Shown: piece after piece, positions 37,797 through 47,942 of the stretch
Layout of the letters: every line of letters begins with the position of its first letter
Position numbering within the stretch: position 1 is the first letter of the stretch
Assembly: GCA_963850305.1 (NCBI GenBank)
Contig: CAWKKR010000007.1
Span: forward strand, 64,001-128,000
DNA length: 64,000 nt
Source: an uncultured delta proteobacterium
GTDB lineage: Bacteria > Myxococcota_A > Polyangia > Polyangiales > Polyangiaceae
Direction: 5' to 3'
Program-made: the position numbers and the translations under genes
Notes under the pieces: model-generated
What the model was told of the DNA's origin: nothing
What the model saw: the letters and a program-made list of their open reading frames with translations, nothing else
Databases searched by the model: none

Positions 37797-39228
37797 ATGT
37801 TCGACCGAGGCAGGATCCGACGATTGGCAGCGCGCTACGCGGAGCGCGAAAAGTTCCCCGAGGCGCTTCGCGAGTATGGCCGGATCGTCGAGCTGGACTT
37901 CCGCGACGTGACTGCGCTTCACGAGATTGCCCGGCTCGAACAGCGGCTCGGCGCCATCGATGCCGTGGCGAGAACGTTCGCGCAGATAGCGGAGCGGCTC
38001 GTCGCCCGCGGCTGGAAGCTGGCCGCGAGCCACCGATACCGGCGGCTCCTCGATGTCATCGAGCCCCTTCCGGCAGAATCGAAGACTCCGTATCGCGCGA
38101 TCCCCGGGCGCGTGGCTCGCCTCCGCGCCGACGTATCCGAGCAGCGCACGAAGCTCTCTGACTACGACGAGGCCGCGCTCGCGCTCGAAAAGAACGGGCG
38201 GGACGTCGAAGCGGCGGAGCTCCTTCAGAAGATGACGGCGCTCGAGCCCGACAACCCGGTCTTTCATGCTCGCCTCGCGGAGGCGTATTGCCGCCTGGCC
38301 CGGGTCGCCGACGCGCTGCCCGAGTTTCGAATCGCGGCACGCTCTCTCCTCGAATTCGGAAAGACGAACGATGCGCTCCGAGTACTCGAACGCCTCCTGC
38401 ACCTCCGGACCGATCCGGAGGACGCGCTCCTCGCCGCCGAGCAATACCTCCTGCGCGGCGATCCCGGCGATCCGATGCGCGCGGTCGCGAAGCTGCAAGC
38501 GTGCGTCGCGGCCGACCCGGAGCACCTCGACGCGCTCGGATTCCTCGCACGGGCCTTCGACGCGATGGGCCATGCGACGCGGGCCGTCCAGGTGCGCATC
38601 GAGATGGCTCGCGTCGCGAAGGAGGTCGGAGAAACGGAGCTGGCGCGGGATTTCGGCGAGCACGCTCATCCAGCTCATGCCGGACGACCCGCGAGTTCGC
38701 GCGCTCAGCGGGCGCTCCCGCTCCGGCGGTTCCAGCGGTCCGGAGCTCTCGGTGCGGAGCAGCCTCGTCAGTGTCACCGACGAAGAGCTCGATGCTCTGC
38801 AGCAAGCGATTCACGAGACGCAGTCGCACTCGGACGGCTCCGTTCTCGACGATTTGTCGTTCGAGGAGCTCTCCGAGGTGTGGGTGATGCCGGTCATTTC
38901 GAAGGAGGCCCGCCGCGCCCTGGATGACGCGGAGGCGTTCCTGGCGCTCCGCCTGTTCCCGAAGGCCGAATACGTTCTCCGCAACGCGGTCGCGCTCGAC
39001 CCGGTGTGCGCCGAGCTTCGCGAGTCGCTCCGCGGGGTGTTACGGCTTGCCGGAAACTCCGCCGGCTTCGTCGAGGAGACGGTCGCGCTCGCCGACCTGT
39101 ACTTTCAACGTCGCTTCCTCGTTCGGGCACGGACGCTCATCGACGAGGCGCTCGCGGAGGACCCCGAGAGCGAGGCGGCGCTCGCGTTCATGGCGGAGTT
39201 CGTGGAGCTGGAACGCGCGCCTGCTTGA
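37797..39228 (+). CDS. Tetratricopeptide-repeat protein; frameshift near 38652
   Basis: TPR-like units (EPDNP..HARLAEAY, DPEHLDAL..LARAF); continues in the frame of ORF 38266-39228 (LMPDDPRV, DPVCAELR, DPESEAAL). Confidence 0.75.
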
Positions 39229-39232
39229 ACGA

Positions 39233-39850
39233 TCAGAAGCGCGTGATGAGCGTGCCCGAACCCGGGAAGTCGAACTCACGCTTCGCGCAGGAGCGCTCGC
39301 CGGATTCGACGCACACGGGCGCACCGATGCTGTCGTTCGTGCGTGCGCCGTGGGGCGCGCAGAGCTCCGCGACGTAGCGTCCGGGCGCCACGACCCGCTC
39401 CGTCACGCACGGGGTCGTTCCGTTGCAGAGTCCCGGTTCGAAATATGTCCCGTTCCAGGCGAATTCTTCCCGCGTCACCGGGACGCCCATCGGCGTGCAG
39501 TGTGGCTTCGCGCACGGTCCTGCCTTGCAGGTCGAACACCGAACCGGGCATGCTCCGGCGCTGAGGAGCAGAGGCTCCGGCGAGCCCGCCCCGCGCACGC
39601 GGATGGGCGGCACGCCCCCGCAATCGTCGGTCCGGCAGAACGCGTGAGGGTCGTTCGCTTCGAAGACCAGCCTCACCGAATTGCTCGACGCGGGTGCCGC
39701 CGTTGCGGCGGTGGTCGGAGGCGCGTGGGTCGCTCGATGTTCGACGTTACGGTCGCACCGCGCCCCGAGGAACAGCAGGGTCAGAAGCAGTGCTAGATTC
39801 GTTCCCGGCCGGGCCCGCGATGCTCGCTCTCGCCTCTCCTTCACGCTCAT
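39233..39850 (-). CDS. Cys-rich exported protein/lipoprotein, hypothetical
   Basis: Hydrophobic LALLLTLLFLGARC; C...C..C...C pattern, WNGT, APGRYVAELC; start uncertain. Confidence 0.6.
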   Translation of the reverse strand: MSVKERRERASRARPGTNLALLLTLLFLGARCDRNVEHRATHAPPTTAATAAPASSNSVRLVFEANDPHAFCRTDDCGGVPPIRVRGAGSPEPLLLSAGACPVRCSTCKAGPCAKPHCTPMGVPVTREEFAWNGTYFEPGLCNGTTPCVTERVVAPGRYVAELCAPHGARTNDSIGAPVCVESGERSCAKREFDFPGSGTLITRF

Positions 39851-40268
39851 GGAACCCATTGCCGTCAGTTCACGCGTCGTCGTTCCTGCGACGGCGCTGA
39901 CCCTTCATACTGCTCGATCGGGTGGTCCGGGCGGGCAGAACGTCAACAAGGTTTCGTCGAAGGTCGAGCTCCGCGTGGACCTCGGGGCCGTCGAGGGACT
40001 CTCGCCGGACCAGCTGAGGCGTCTCCGCGTCCTGTCGGCCGGGCGCATAGACCGGGAGGGACGGCTCGTCGTCACCAGCCAGCGTTCGCGGTCGCAGTTC
40101 GATAATCTGGATGACGCGCGCGAAAAGGTACGAAGCATCGTGGCAAGCGCGCTCGTCGCCCCCAAGCGCCGCATTCCAACGAAGCCGTCGCGCGCCGCCA
40201 AGGCGAGGCGCCTCGACTCGAAGCGCCGTCAATCCGAGAAGAAGACGAACCGCGGCGCACTCGACTGA
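39849..40268 (+). CDS. arfB: Alternative ribosome-rescue peptidyl-tRNA hydrolase ArfB
   Basis: RSGGPGGQNVNKVSSKV, SQRSRSQ..N, basic tail PKRRIPTKPSRAAKARRL..K. Confidence 0.95.
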   Translation: MEPIAVSSRVVVPATALTLHTARSGGPGGQNVNKVSSKVELRVDLGAVEGLSPDQLRRLRVLSAGRIDREGRLVVTSQRSRSQFDNLDDAREKVRSIVASALVAPKRRIPTKPSRAAKARRLDSKRRQSEKKTNRGALD

Positions 40269-40269
40269 C

Positions 40270-40620
40270 TCAGTGGAGCAGGTGCGGAGGGATCATCGCG
40301 AGGACGGCCAGGATCGCCGACGCGATCAGGGCGGTCTTGAAGTCTCTGATCGAGAGGTCGTCGGTGAGCGCGTCGGTCACCTTGAGAAGAATCGCGGTGA
40401 CCACCCACCGCGTCACGAATGAAAAAATGAACCCGATGAACAGCGTTCCGATCCCGATCACCACGAACAAGAACCAGCCGATGAAGAAGTGGAGCAAGCC
40501 GAACAATGCGCCAACCCAGAGCGCGCCCTTGAAAGTCGGGATCTCGAAGCCCGGAAGAACTCGTGCGGTGAGCCAGAGCCCGGCCGCGAGGAACAACCAT
40601 GACAACAGAACTTCCCGCAT
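40270..40620 (-). CDS. Phage-holin-family (YvlD/DUF360-like) four-TM membrane protein
   Basis: L...A..LPGF.I..F.GAL..G..FG, I.TL, I.DF.TAL..S pattern; four hydrophobic segments. Confidence 0.8.
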   Translation of the reverse strand: MREVLLSWLFLAAGLWLTARVLPGFEIPTFKGALWVGALFGLLHFFIGWFLFVVIGIGTLFIGFIFSFVTRWVVTAILLKVTDALTDDLSIRDFKTALIASAILAVLAMIPPHLLH

Positions 40621-40719
40621 GAGCGAACAATAGCCGAACGCCCGCCCGGCGCCAGCGTCAGAGGAGCGACCGTTGCCGGATCATGACCATCGACCTAGAC
40701 AAAAGCCGGAGGTCGATGG

Positions 40720-41172
40720 ATGCCGTCAATCGGTCTGCTCTCGAAGCGCCGCTTCCTCGAACGAGTGGCGTTTGCGAGCGCGTGGCTCGGCGTGGTCGTC
40801 GCGTGTTCTTCGAGTTCGGCAACGAGGCCACCGGCGGCGCTCGAGCCCGGGACGCGGGCCCACGTGGATAACGGGGGGGTTCTTCCTGAGAATCTGGTCT
40901 GCGAGGAATTCTGCGAACGGCTCGCCGCGTGCTGGTACGCATTGCCGGCGGTCGATCAGACCCTGACGAAGCAAGACGTCATGGCACGCTGCCAGAAAGA
41001 CGAACGCGGTTGCACCGAGGTGACGACCGACAAGCATTGCTGCGGCATGCTCTCGGACTGTCGGGACTTCGCCTCCTGCGAGCAGAAGAGCCACGGATTC
41101 CCGAGCGACTGCCAGGTCGCGCGATCGTCCCTGGAACGTCAGTCGCCGACCTTCATGCCGGTGTCCGAATGA
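40720..41172 (+). CDS. Cys-rich lipoprotein, hypothetical
   Basis: VVVAC lipobox then SSSS; CEEFCERLAAC...C...C...CC...C....C. Confidence 0.65.
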   Translation: MPSIGLLSKRRFLERVAFASAWLGVVVACSSSSATRPPAALEPGTRAHVDNGGVLPENLVCEEFCERLAACWYALPAVDQTLTKQDVMARCQKDERGCTEVTTDKHCCGMLSDCRDFASCEQKSHGFPSDCQVARSSLERQSPTFMPVSE

Positions 41173-42833
41173 CCCGTCTGTCCGAGCGCGCGGACGAGCA
41201 GCGAGAAGATTTCTGCGTGAGTGACAGCGGGCTTCCGGTCGCGCGGAGGGACGAGCCCGTCCGTGAAGCCGCGGGCGCGGAATGCGTCGAGCAGGTTCCG
41301 GTCGCGCGCAAAGACGTGCATGGGCACGTCGAAGCTCGCGTCCTCGGGTGACACGACCGGCGGCTGATGATCGCCCATGACGATGACGAGGTCGTCGCCG
41401 GTTCTCTTCTTCAAGAATTCTTCGATGACCCGAAGGTCGTAGAGGACCGTGCGCACGTAACCTTCGCTGAACGCGGCGGTGAGCGCTCCCATGTACGGTT
41501 GGCTCGACGGTTCGCGCGAGTAAGCGCCGATGTTTTCGACAATCTCCTCGCCGTTCGGCAGGCTCGGGAGGGAGACGTTCCCGGTGTTCGCCTTTCTCCA
41601 GTCGTCGAGAAAAGCGGGTACGGCCATCCACGCGGCGTGCGACGAGACCATGTGGAAGTGAAAGAACAGCGGACGTTCAACCTTCGAGAGGACGTGTTCG
41701 TCGGCGTAGCCGAGTGAGTACTGGTCCGGCACGATGCCCCATCCCATCCGCCTTCCGTGATAGTCGAGATCGTCGAACCGGAGGTAGCGATCGTAGCCGT
41801 ATCGATTCTCGTCCTCGACGCCGGGGCGCTTTCGATCCGAGGGTGCGAGATGCACCGTCTCGTAGCCTTGTCTTGCGAAGAAGTCGACGAGCGTCGGGAC
41901 GCGCGGCCTATGGTCGATGAGCTGCCGGAACACGGCTTCGTACCGGATCGGCTTGCCCATCAGGATGCTGCCGACCGCGAGCCAGGAGCGCCCGCCGCTG
42001 ACGGGCGCGGTCGCGAAGGCGCTCGCGATACTCCAGCCATCGCGCTGGAGCCGTCCTTCCATTCCGCGGATCGAGGGTTCCCAGACGGACCGCATCGCTG
42101 GATTCTCCGCGATGAGCCGGCCGTAGCTCTCGACGAAGAACAAGAGCACGTTCGGCCTCCGGGAGAGCCGGATGGCGTCGTATCGTCGATAGGGCGACTC
42201 CGTGACGAAGCCATTCACGGCGAGGTAGATGCGGCGTGACTCGGCGATGTTCTTCACGAGATCGGGGAGCATCCAGCGCACCCACGGGCGCCCAGGCGGT
42301 CTCGGTCCGAACGCCGTGGCGAGGAGGGTGACCGTCCAGGCGACGAGCGCGACGAGGGCAGTCGTGCGACGCCGCTCCGGCTCGAAGAGGGGGCGCGTCG
42401 CGCGGAGCAGCCAGCGAAGAAGAAATACGAGCGCGCCGATTGCGGTGGTGAGGGCGACCAACGCGGGCACGGCCGTGACGCTCAGCAGATCGTTTACGAG
42501 CACGAACAGATGCTTCACGAGGAACAGCTGGTCGTAGAGGAGCGGCTCCGAGCGGGCGATGACGAAGAAGATGGCGCGGTCGACCCGCACGAGTGCAAGC
42601 ACCGCGACGAAGGCGACCAGCATCCACCTTACCCACGCGCCCCGCCGGATTCGAAAACTGATTCCAAATACGGTGAGGGTCGCCAGCATTTCTCCGGTGG
42701 GGCGGAGCGAGAGCAGCGAAATCCGGTCGGGCCCAAGTGCCATCGGGACCTCGAAGAGCAACCAGGGGAGGGCGAGCGCGAGCCACGGCACGAGGTCGTT
42801 CGACCGAGAACGGTGTTCCAACGAGCTCCGCAT
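41139..42833 (-). CDS. Membrane-anchored sulfatase-like / LTA-synthase (MdoB-like) alkaline-phosphatase-superfamily protein
   Basis: About five N-terminal TM segments; PNVLLFFVESYG, GGRSWLA, PDQY, SSHA.W, GDHQP. Confidence 0.85.
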   Translation of the reverse strand: MRSSLEHRSRSNDLVPWLALALPWLLFEVPMALGPDRISLLSLRPTGEMLATLTVFGISFRIRRGAWVRWMLVAFVAVLALVRVDRAIFFVIARSEPLLYDQLFLVKHLFVLVNDLLSVTAVPALVALTTAIGALVFLLRWLLRATRPLFEPERRRTTALVALVAWTVTLLATAFGPRPPGRPWVRWMLPDLVKNIAESRRIYLAVNGFVTESPYRRYDAIRLSRRPNVLLFFVESYGRLIAENPAMRSVWEPSIRGMEGRLQRDGWSIASAFATAPVSGGRSWLAVGSILMGKPIRYEAVFRQLIDHRPRVPTLVDFFARQGYETVHLAPSDRKRPGVEDENRYGYDRYLRFDDLDYHGRRMGWGIVPDQYSLGYADEHVLSKVERPLFFHFHMVSSHAAWMAVPAFLDDWRKANTGNVSLPSLPNGEEIVENIGAYSREPSSQPYMGALTAAFSEGYVRTVLYDLRVIEEFLKKRTGDDLVIVMGDHQPPVVSPEDASFDVPMHVFARDRNLLDAFRARGFTDGLVPPRDRKPAVTHAEIFSLLVRALGQTGHSDTGMKVGD

Positions 42834-42874
42834 GGACCTTGAGGTAGACTGCCCGCGGACTCCGAGGACGTCAC

Positions 42875-43804
42875 TTGCGTAATGAGCGACGCTTCATCAC
42901 CACGCGGCGTCACCTGGGCGAGGACGACGCGTGGGCGCTCGTTCGTTGCATGCCGCGGCCGGCGAGCGAGCGCCAGGGCTACACGCTTGTCGGCGCGCGC
43001 GCGGTCGCCTGTGCGGTCGCCGAGGCGCTTCTCGTTGTCGACCCGTGCGGGGACCCACCGTGGAGCGCGACGCTGGACGTGTCGCCCGAGGCGCGGACGG
43101 TCCTCGAGCTGTGCGTGCCGCTCTGTATCGGCGAGCGAGCCCGGGACCTCGTCGTTGCCCACCTCGGGCAAAGTCTCGACGGACGCGTTGCGACTCCGGA
43201 GGGCGTCTCGCGGCTCATCACCGGGATCGAGGACGTTCGCCATACGCACCGGCTGCGTGCGCTGTTCGACGCCGTTCTCATCGGCGCGACGACCGCGGAC
43301 GTCGATGATCCGAGGTTGACCACCAGACTCGTCGACGGGGAAGATCCGGTTCGCGTCGTGATCGACCCACGCGGTCGGCTGCGCGGCGATCTGCGGATCT
43401 TCACCGACGGCGTCGTACGGTCGATCGTCGTCGTGGGACGGGATTACGCGGGCCGTCACGGCGCGTTGCCTTCCTTCGTCGAAGTGCTTCCTCTCGAGCT
43501 GGACGGTGACGACCTCTCCGTGTGGGCCATTCTGCGCGCGCTCCGCGAGCGTGGGCTCCGTCGCGTGTTCGTCGAGGGAGGCGGCATCACCGTGTCGCGC
43601 TTTCTCGACGCTCGTGCGCTCAATCGTCTTCATCTCGCGATCGCGTCGCGGATCATCGGGTGCGGCTCTCCGGCCCTCGAGCTGCGAGTGGCGTCGGACA
43701 TTGCTGCTGCGGCTCCGCCGAGCCGGCGCTACCTGCTCGGCAGTGACGTTCTGTTCGACTGCGACTTCTCCGCGGCGCTCGCGAGAGAGCCGGAGCGATC
43801 GTGA
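42875..43804 (+). CDS. RibD C-terminal (reductase) domain protein
   Basis: GQSLDGRVA, HRLRALFDAVLIGA.T...DDPRLT, RVVID, VFVEGGG; no deaminase domain; start uncertain. Confidence 0.88.
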   Translation: MRNERRFITTRRHLGEDDAWALVRCMPRPASERQGYTLVGARAVACAVAEALLVVDPCGDPPWSATLDVSPEARTVLELCVPLCIGERARDLVVAHLGQSLDGRVATPEGVSRLITGIEDVRHTHRLRALFDAVLIGATTADVDDPRLTTRLVDGEDPVRVVIDPRGRLRGDLRIFTDGVVRSIVVVGRDYAGRHGALPSFVEVLPLELDGDDLSVWAILRALRERGLRRVFVEGGGITVSRFLDARALNRLHLAIASRIIGCGSPALELRVASDIAAAAPPSRRYLLGSDVLFDCDFSAALAREPERS

Positions 43805-44892
43805 CGGGACACTTCTGGGTCGCGCCGCCGTTCGACGGACCCGTCACGGGGGGCACGCTTTACAATGCCCGGCTCGCCGGCGCGATCCGCGAAGCCGGCG
43901 TTCAGTGCCGGCGCATGGACCTCTACGACGCGTTCGCCGCACTCCGTGCCGGCGTGGACGGGGCGTTCTGGGTCGACACATTGTTTCTCGACGCGATGTC
44001 CGAGCTCTCACGAGCGAACGTCGCGAAGCGAGCGCTCCGTCTGATAGTTCACTACCTGCCGTCTCTCGTCGAGAAGGGTACCATCGAGTCCCTTGGTGAC
44101 TTGAGCGTCGCCGAGCTCGCCGCGGTTCGTTCCGCGGATGGGTTTCTCGCCACGAGCGCTTGGACCGGCGACCTACTCGCGAGGCTCGACGTGCCGCGCG
44201 ACGCGATCCACGTCATCGAGCCGGGGGCAGAGGTTTTGTCGGTGCAACCCAGCGACGTCGCTTCCAAGCGGCTCCGCGCCGTCATCGTCGCCAACCTGGT
44301 GCCGGGCAAGGGAGTCGAGCCTTTCCTGCGCGCGCTCGAGGTGCGATCGGACGCCCCACTGGAACTCGCCGTCGTCGGTAGTGCGTCCTTCGACGCGAAT
44401 TATGCGGCTCGCTGCGCGGAGCTCGTGCGGGCGTCGCCGTCGCTTCGCGACCGCGTCGGTTTCGTGGGCGCCCTCACGCATCTGGAGCTGATGTCGCGGC
44501 TCGCCGGGAGCGACGTGCTCGTCTCGGCGTCGCGCATGGAATCGTTCGGGATGGCGTTAGCCGACGCGCGCGCGATCGGGCTCCCGATACTTGCACGCCG
44601 TGCCGGAAATACGCCGGCGCTCGTCCATGAAGCCGCGGGCGGCAGTTCGTTCGTGGACGACGACGCTCTGGCCGCGGCGCTCGTGGCGCTCGCGAGCGAC
44701 CCCGCGGCGCTCGCGGAACGACGGCGGCGCGCCTGGGCGTCGCGCCGCACCCGAACGTGGAAGGACGCGGCAACGGAGTTCATCGACAGCGCTGGCCGCA
44801 CACACATCCCTTCATCCGCACACCGGGGGCGGGGCGTTCCTTGGCCGGACAGGCCACCGACGGAACAAAGTCGCAACGACCAACTCAAATGA
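43801..44892 (+). CDS. Glycosyltransferase family 4
   Basis: TGG..YN, VAN..PGKG, S..ESFGMALADA...GLP; GTGA overlap with the ribD-like stop. Confidence 0.88.
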   Translation: MTGHFWVAPPFDGPVTGGTLYNARLAGAIREAGVQCRRMDLYDAFAALRAGVDGAFWVDTLFLDAMSELSRANVAKRALRLIVHYLPSLVEKGTIESLGDLSVAELAAVRSADGFLATSAWTGDLLARLDVPRDAIHVIEPGAEVLSVQPSDVASKRLRAVIVANLVPGKGVEPFLRALEVRSDAPLELAVVGSASFDANYAARCAELVRASPSLRDRVGFVGALTHLELMSRLAGSDVLVSASRMESFGMALADARAIGLPILARRAGNTPALVHEAAGGSSFVDDDALAAALVALASDPAALAERRRRAWASRRTRTWKDAATEFIDSAGRTHIPSSAHRGRGVPWPDRPPTEQSRNDQLK

Positions 44893-45084
44893 CAATTGCG
44901 TGCCGAGGCCGGAGAGGTGCGGCTTCATTCCGGCCCCGACCAGTCGATCCTCGACCGGGGAGAATCAACAGGTAAGGCGGAAGATCGGGAAGGATTGGTT
45001 TTGGAAACCGATCGAATGCGCCCGTCTGAAGCAAAACCTCAAGCGAGGCCGAGACCGGGTCGCTGAGTTGGACGGCGTTCGGGC

Positions 45085-45735
45085 TTGGGCGTATGGTTGA
45101 AGGTGTTGGCCTGGCCGAAAAACGTCGTGGTCGCGCTGTGCTCGGCCCTCGTCGGGTGCACGCAGGTGCTTGGAATCGATGGCGAGTACACGCTGGACGT
45201 TACTGCAAGCGGGGGAGCCCATCACGGCAGCGGCGGCGCGTTGAACAAAGGGGGCGGCGGCGCGCTTGGCGGCGGCGGCGGAGTTCCGATCGATGGGGCG
45301 GGCGGGCTCGCCAGTGAGACCTGCGGCGGCACAGCGTGTTCCGGAGCGACCAAGTGCTGCACTTTTCCGCAACCCGACGGTGGCGTGATCGACAGCTGCG
45401 TTCAGATGGCGCCGATCGTGGGTTGCGCGCAGCCCGGCTGTGACGTGCACTGTGGAGCGCCGGTCAACGGCACTGCGACGTGCACTGCCGACGGTCTTTG
45501 CGGTCACCAGTGCAACGAGGGATACAGGTTTGCGGGGAATGACGGCGGTTGCGATCCGATCTCGACCGGCGCCGGCGGGCGCGGCGGGCTCGGCGGAGCG
45601 CCGGGCGCGGGGGGAGCCGCTTCGACGTGCGTCGCAACCGGGTGTCCGGGGTGCATCCCCGTGGGTCCGTTCGGGTGCTGCAAGAGCGACGGCACGTGCG
45701 GCTGCACCTGGGCTCCGGGCGCGATCTGTTACTGA
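45085..45735 (+). CDS. Gly/Cys-rich lipoprotein
   Basis: ALVGC lipobox followed by TQVLGIDGEY; many Cys; start approximate. Confidence 0.7.
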   Translation: MGVWLKVLAWPKNVVVALCSALVGCTQVLGIDGEYTLDVTASGGAHHGSGGALNKGGGGALGGGGGVPIDGAGGLASETCGGTACSGATKCCTFPQPDGGVIDSCVQMAPIVGCAQPGCDVHCGAPVNGTATCTADGLCGHQCNEGYRFAGNDGGCDPISTGAGGRGGLGGAPGAGGAASTCVATGCPGCIPVGPFGCCKSDGTCGCTWAPGAICY

Positions 45736-45821
45736 CAAATGGGGGCCTGCCCCTCATGACGCCGTGCTCCGAAAGTGCGACGGGCATGGCCCGCTTTCGG
45801 CGATGATGCCGGCGCGTCGCA

Positions 45822-46496
45822 ATGAGGCTTGCCGTGAAGCGTCTGACGTTCGGCCATTCGCTCTTCATGCTGGCGCTTACGGCGCTGGCGTGGTGGCGAC
45901 GTGATGCGCGTATCGTCGCCGCGGGCGGCGTCATCTCGCTCGCGATCTTCGTGGTGCGGCACGCGAGTCGATGGACGCCGGAGGGACGGTTTGGCGCGGC
46001 GAACGGGATCACGGCATTCCGCGCAGCGGTCGTCCTGGGGTTCGTGGCGCTGCCGTCGCTCGGTCCTGCGGCGGCCGTGCTCGTCGCGGCGTTTCTCTTA
46101 CTCGACGGCCTCGACGGATCGCTCGCGCGAAAGCAGTCGACCGCGTCTGCGTTCGGAGCGCGGTTCGACATGGAGACCGATGCACTCTTCGTGCTGACGG
46201 GCGCGACGCGGCTCGCCGTCGACGGGCGGCTCGGAGCGTGGATACTGGTCCCCGGCATTCTCCGGTACGCGTACGTGGTCGTGACGTCCTTCGCGCCCGC
46301 GGACCGTCGCGAAGCGCCGCGTTCATCACTCGGGCGGTATGCGTTCGTCGTGCTGGTGTCGAGCTTCGCGCTCAGCGCGTGGCCATTCGAGCCGTTTTAT
46401 CGGCCATTCGCGATGTTCGCGTCCGGGTCGGTCGTCGTATCCTTTGCTTGCTCGTTCGTCTGGTCGTTCGCGGGGCGACGCACGCTCCGGGCCTGA
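45822..46496 (+). CDS. CDP-alcohol phosphatidyltransferase family protein
   Basis: ANGITAFR; DGLDGSLARK...S.FGARFDMETD matches DxxDGxxARx8Gx3DxxxD. Confidence 0.92.
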   Translation: MRLAVKRLTFGHSLFMLALTALAWWRRDARIVAAGGVISLAIFVVRHASRWTPEGRFGAANGITAFRAAVVLGFVALPSLGPAAAVLVAAFLLLDGLDGSLARKQSTASAFGARFDMETDALFVLTGATRLAVDGRLGAWILVPGILRYAYVVVTSFAPADRREAPRSSLGRYAFVVLVSSFALSAWPFEPFYRPFAMFASGSVVVSFACSFVWSFAGRRTLRA

Positions 46497-46536
46497 TTCT
46501 GGACGTTCTCCATCCGACAGGGGAGACTCTGCCCAC

Positions 46537-47505
46537 GTGACGAATTCGGCGAGAGCACTCTGGTTGACCGGACGCGAGCACGTCGAGATTCGCGCCGAAT
46601 CGTTGCCGGTGCCGGGCGAAGGAAGCGTGCTCGTGGACACGCACTTCAGCGGCGTGAGTCGAGGAACGGAGCTACTCGTATTTTCGGGTCGCGTCCCTCC
46701 AACGGAGTACGAACGCATGCGCGCGCCGCACCAGGCGGGGCAGTTCCCCTGGCCCGTGAAATTTGGTTACGCGAACGTTGGGCGTGTTCGCGCGGGGAGT
46801 TCGGCGCTCGTCGGGCGCGACGTATTTTGCCTGTATCCCCACCAGACCGCGTACGTCGCGGACGAAAGCGCGGTGGTCCTGGTGCCATCCGTCGTTCCAC
46901 CGGAACGCGCCGTGCTTGCCGCCAACATGGAGACGGCAGTGAATGCCGTATGGGACGCCGAGCTCAAAGCTGGTGATCGTGTGGCGGTCGTCGGTGCGGG
47001 CGTCGTGGGACTATTGGTCGCGTATCTCGCGGGACGGGTGCCCGGAGCCGAGGTGGAAAGCATCGACATCGAGCCGTCGAAGGCGACTGCGGCTCGCGTG
47101 CTTGGCGTGACGTTCGTGTCGCCCGCGGACGCTCGGGGCGACGCCGACGTCGTCATTCACGCGACGGGCGCCCCGGCGGGGCTCGTGACCGCCCTGTCGC
47201 TCGCCGGCAGGGAAGCGACGGTCGTCGAGCTGTCCTGGTTCGGCGATCATGACGTCGAAGTGCCGCTAGGGCGTGCCTTTCACGCACGCCGCCTTCGTCT
47301 GCAGTCGTCGCAGGTTGGAAACTTGCCGGCCTCGCAGCGCGCGCGCTGGACGTTGCGGCGGCGGCTCGAACTCGCGCTGTCCCTGCTCGACGACCCAGTG
47401 CTCGACGTGCTCGTATCGAGCGAGGGCACCTTCGACGAACTGCCCGGGTCCATGTCGCGCATCGCGTCGAGCCCGACGCTATGTCATCGTGTCCGTTACC
47501 GTTGA
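46537..47505 (+). CDS. MDR-family dehydrogenase (zinc-ADH-like, lacking usual Zn ligands)
   Basis: [45 protein letters not shown]...SSQVG. Confidence 0.85.
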   Translation: MTNSARALWLTGREHVEIRAESLPVPGEGSVLVDTHFSGVSRGTELLVFSGRVPPTEYERMRAPHQAGQFPWPVKFGYANVGRVRAGSSALVGRDVFCLYPHQTAYVADESAVVLVPSVVPPERAVLAANMETAVNAVWDAELKAGDRVAVVGAGVVGLLVAYLAGRVPGAEVESIDIEPSKATAARVLGVTFVSPADARGDADVVIHATGAPAGLVTALSLAGREATVVELSWFGDHDVEVPLGRAFHARRLRLQSSQVGNLPASQRARWTLRRRLELALSLLDDPVLDVLVSSEGTFDELPGSMSRIASSPTLCHRVRYR

Positions 47506-47513
47506 GGAGAGTC

Positions 47514-47942
47514 ATGTTCACCGTTTGCGTCCGAGACCACTTCATGATCGCGCACAGCTTCCAGGGTGAGCTCTTTGGGCCCGCGCAGCGGTTGCACGGC
47601 GCTACCTACGTCGTCGACGTCGAGTTTCGCCGCGCAGCCCTCGACCCGAACGGCGTCGTCGTCGACATCGGTAGAGCCGCCGAGGCACTCCGCGGCGTCG
47701 TCGGCGAGTGGAGTTACCGCAATCTGGATGACGTTCCCGAGCTTTCCGGGAAAAATACGACCACGGAATTTCTCTCCAAGGCCGTATTCGACCGCATGGT
47801 GGCGCGCGTCGGGGCCGGCGCGCTCGGTCCCGGCAGCGACGCGCTCACCTCGATGAAGGTCACCCTGCACGAGTCGCACGTCGCATGGGCGTCGTACGAG
47901 GGTCCAGTTTCGCAGCCACCCGTTGGTCGGGTGTCGCCATGA
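47514..47942 (+). CDS. 6-pyruvoyl-tetrahydropterin synthase / QueD-fold (COG0720) protein
   Basis: AHSF...[42 protein letters not shown]. Confidence 0.9.
   Translation: MFTVCVRDHFMIAHSFQGELFGPAQRLHGATYVVDVEFRRAALDPNGVVVDIGRAAEALRGVVGEWSYRNLDDVPELSGKNTTTEFLSKAVFDRMVARVGAGALGPGSDALTSMKVTLHESHVAWASYEGPVSQPPVGRVSP

Noticed and set aside
40270..40620. Prophage, suggested by the holin-family name
   Set aside because: This family is common in chromosomes; no endolysin, capsid, terminase or integrase nearby
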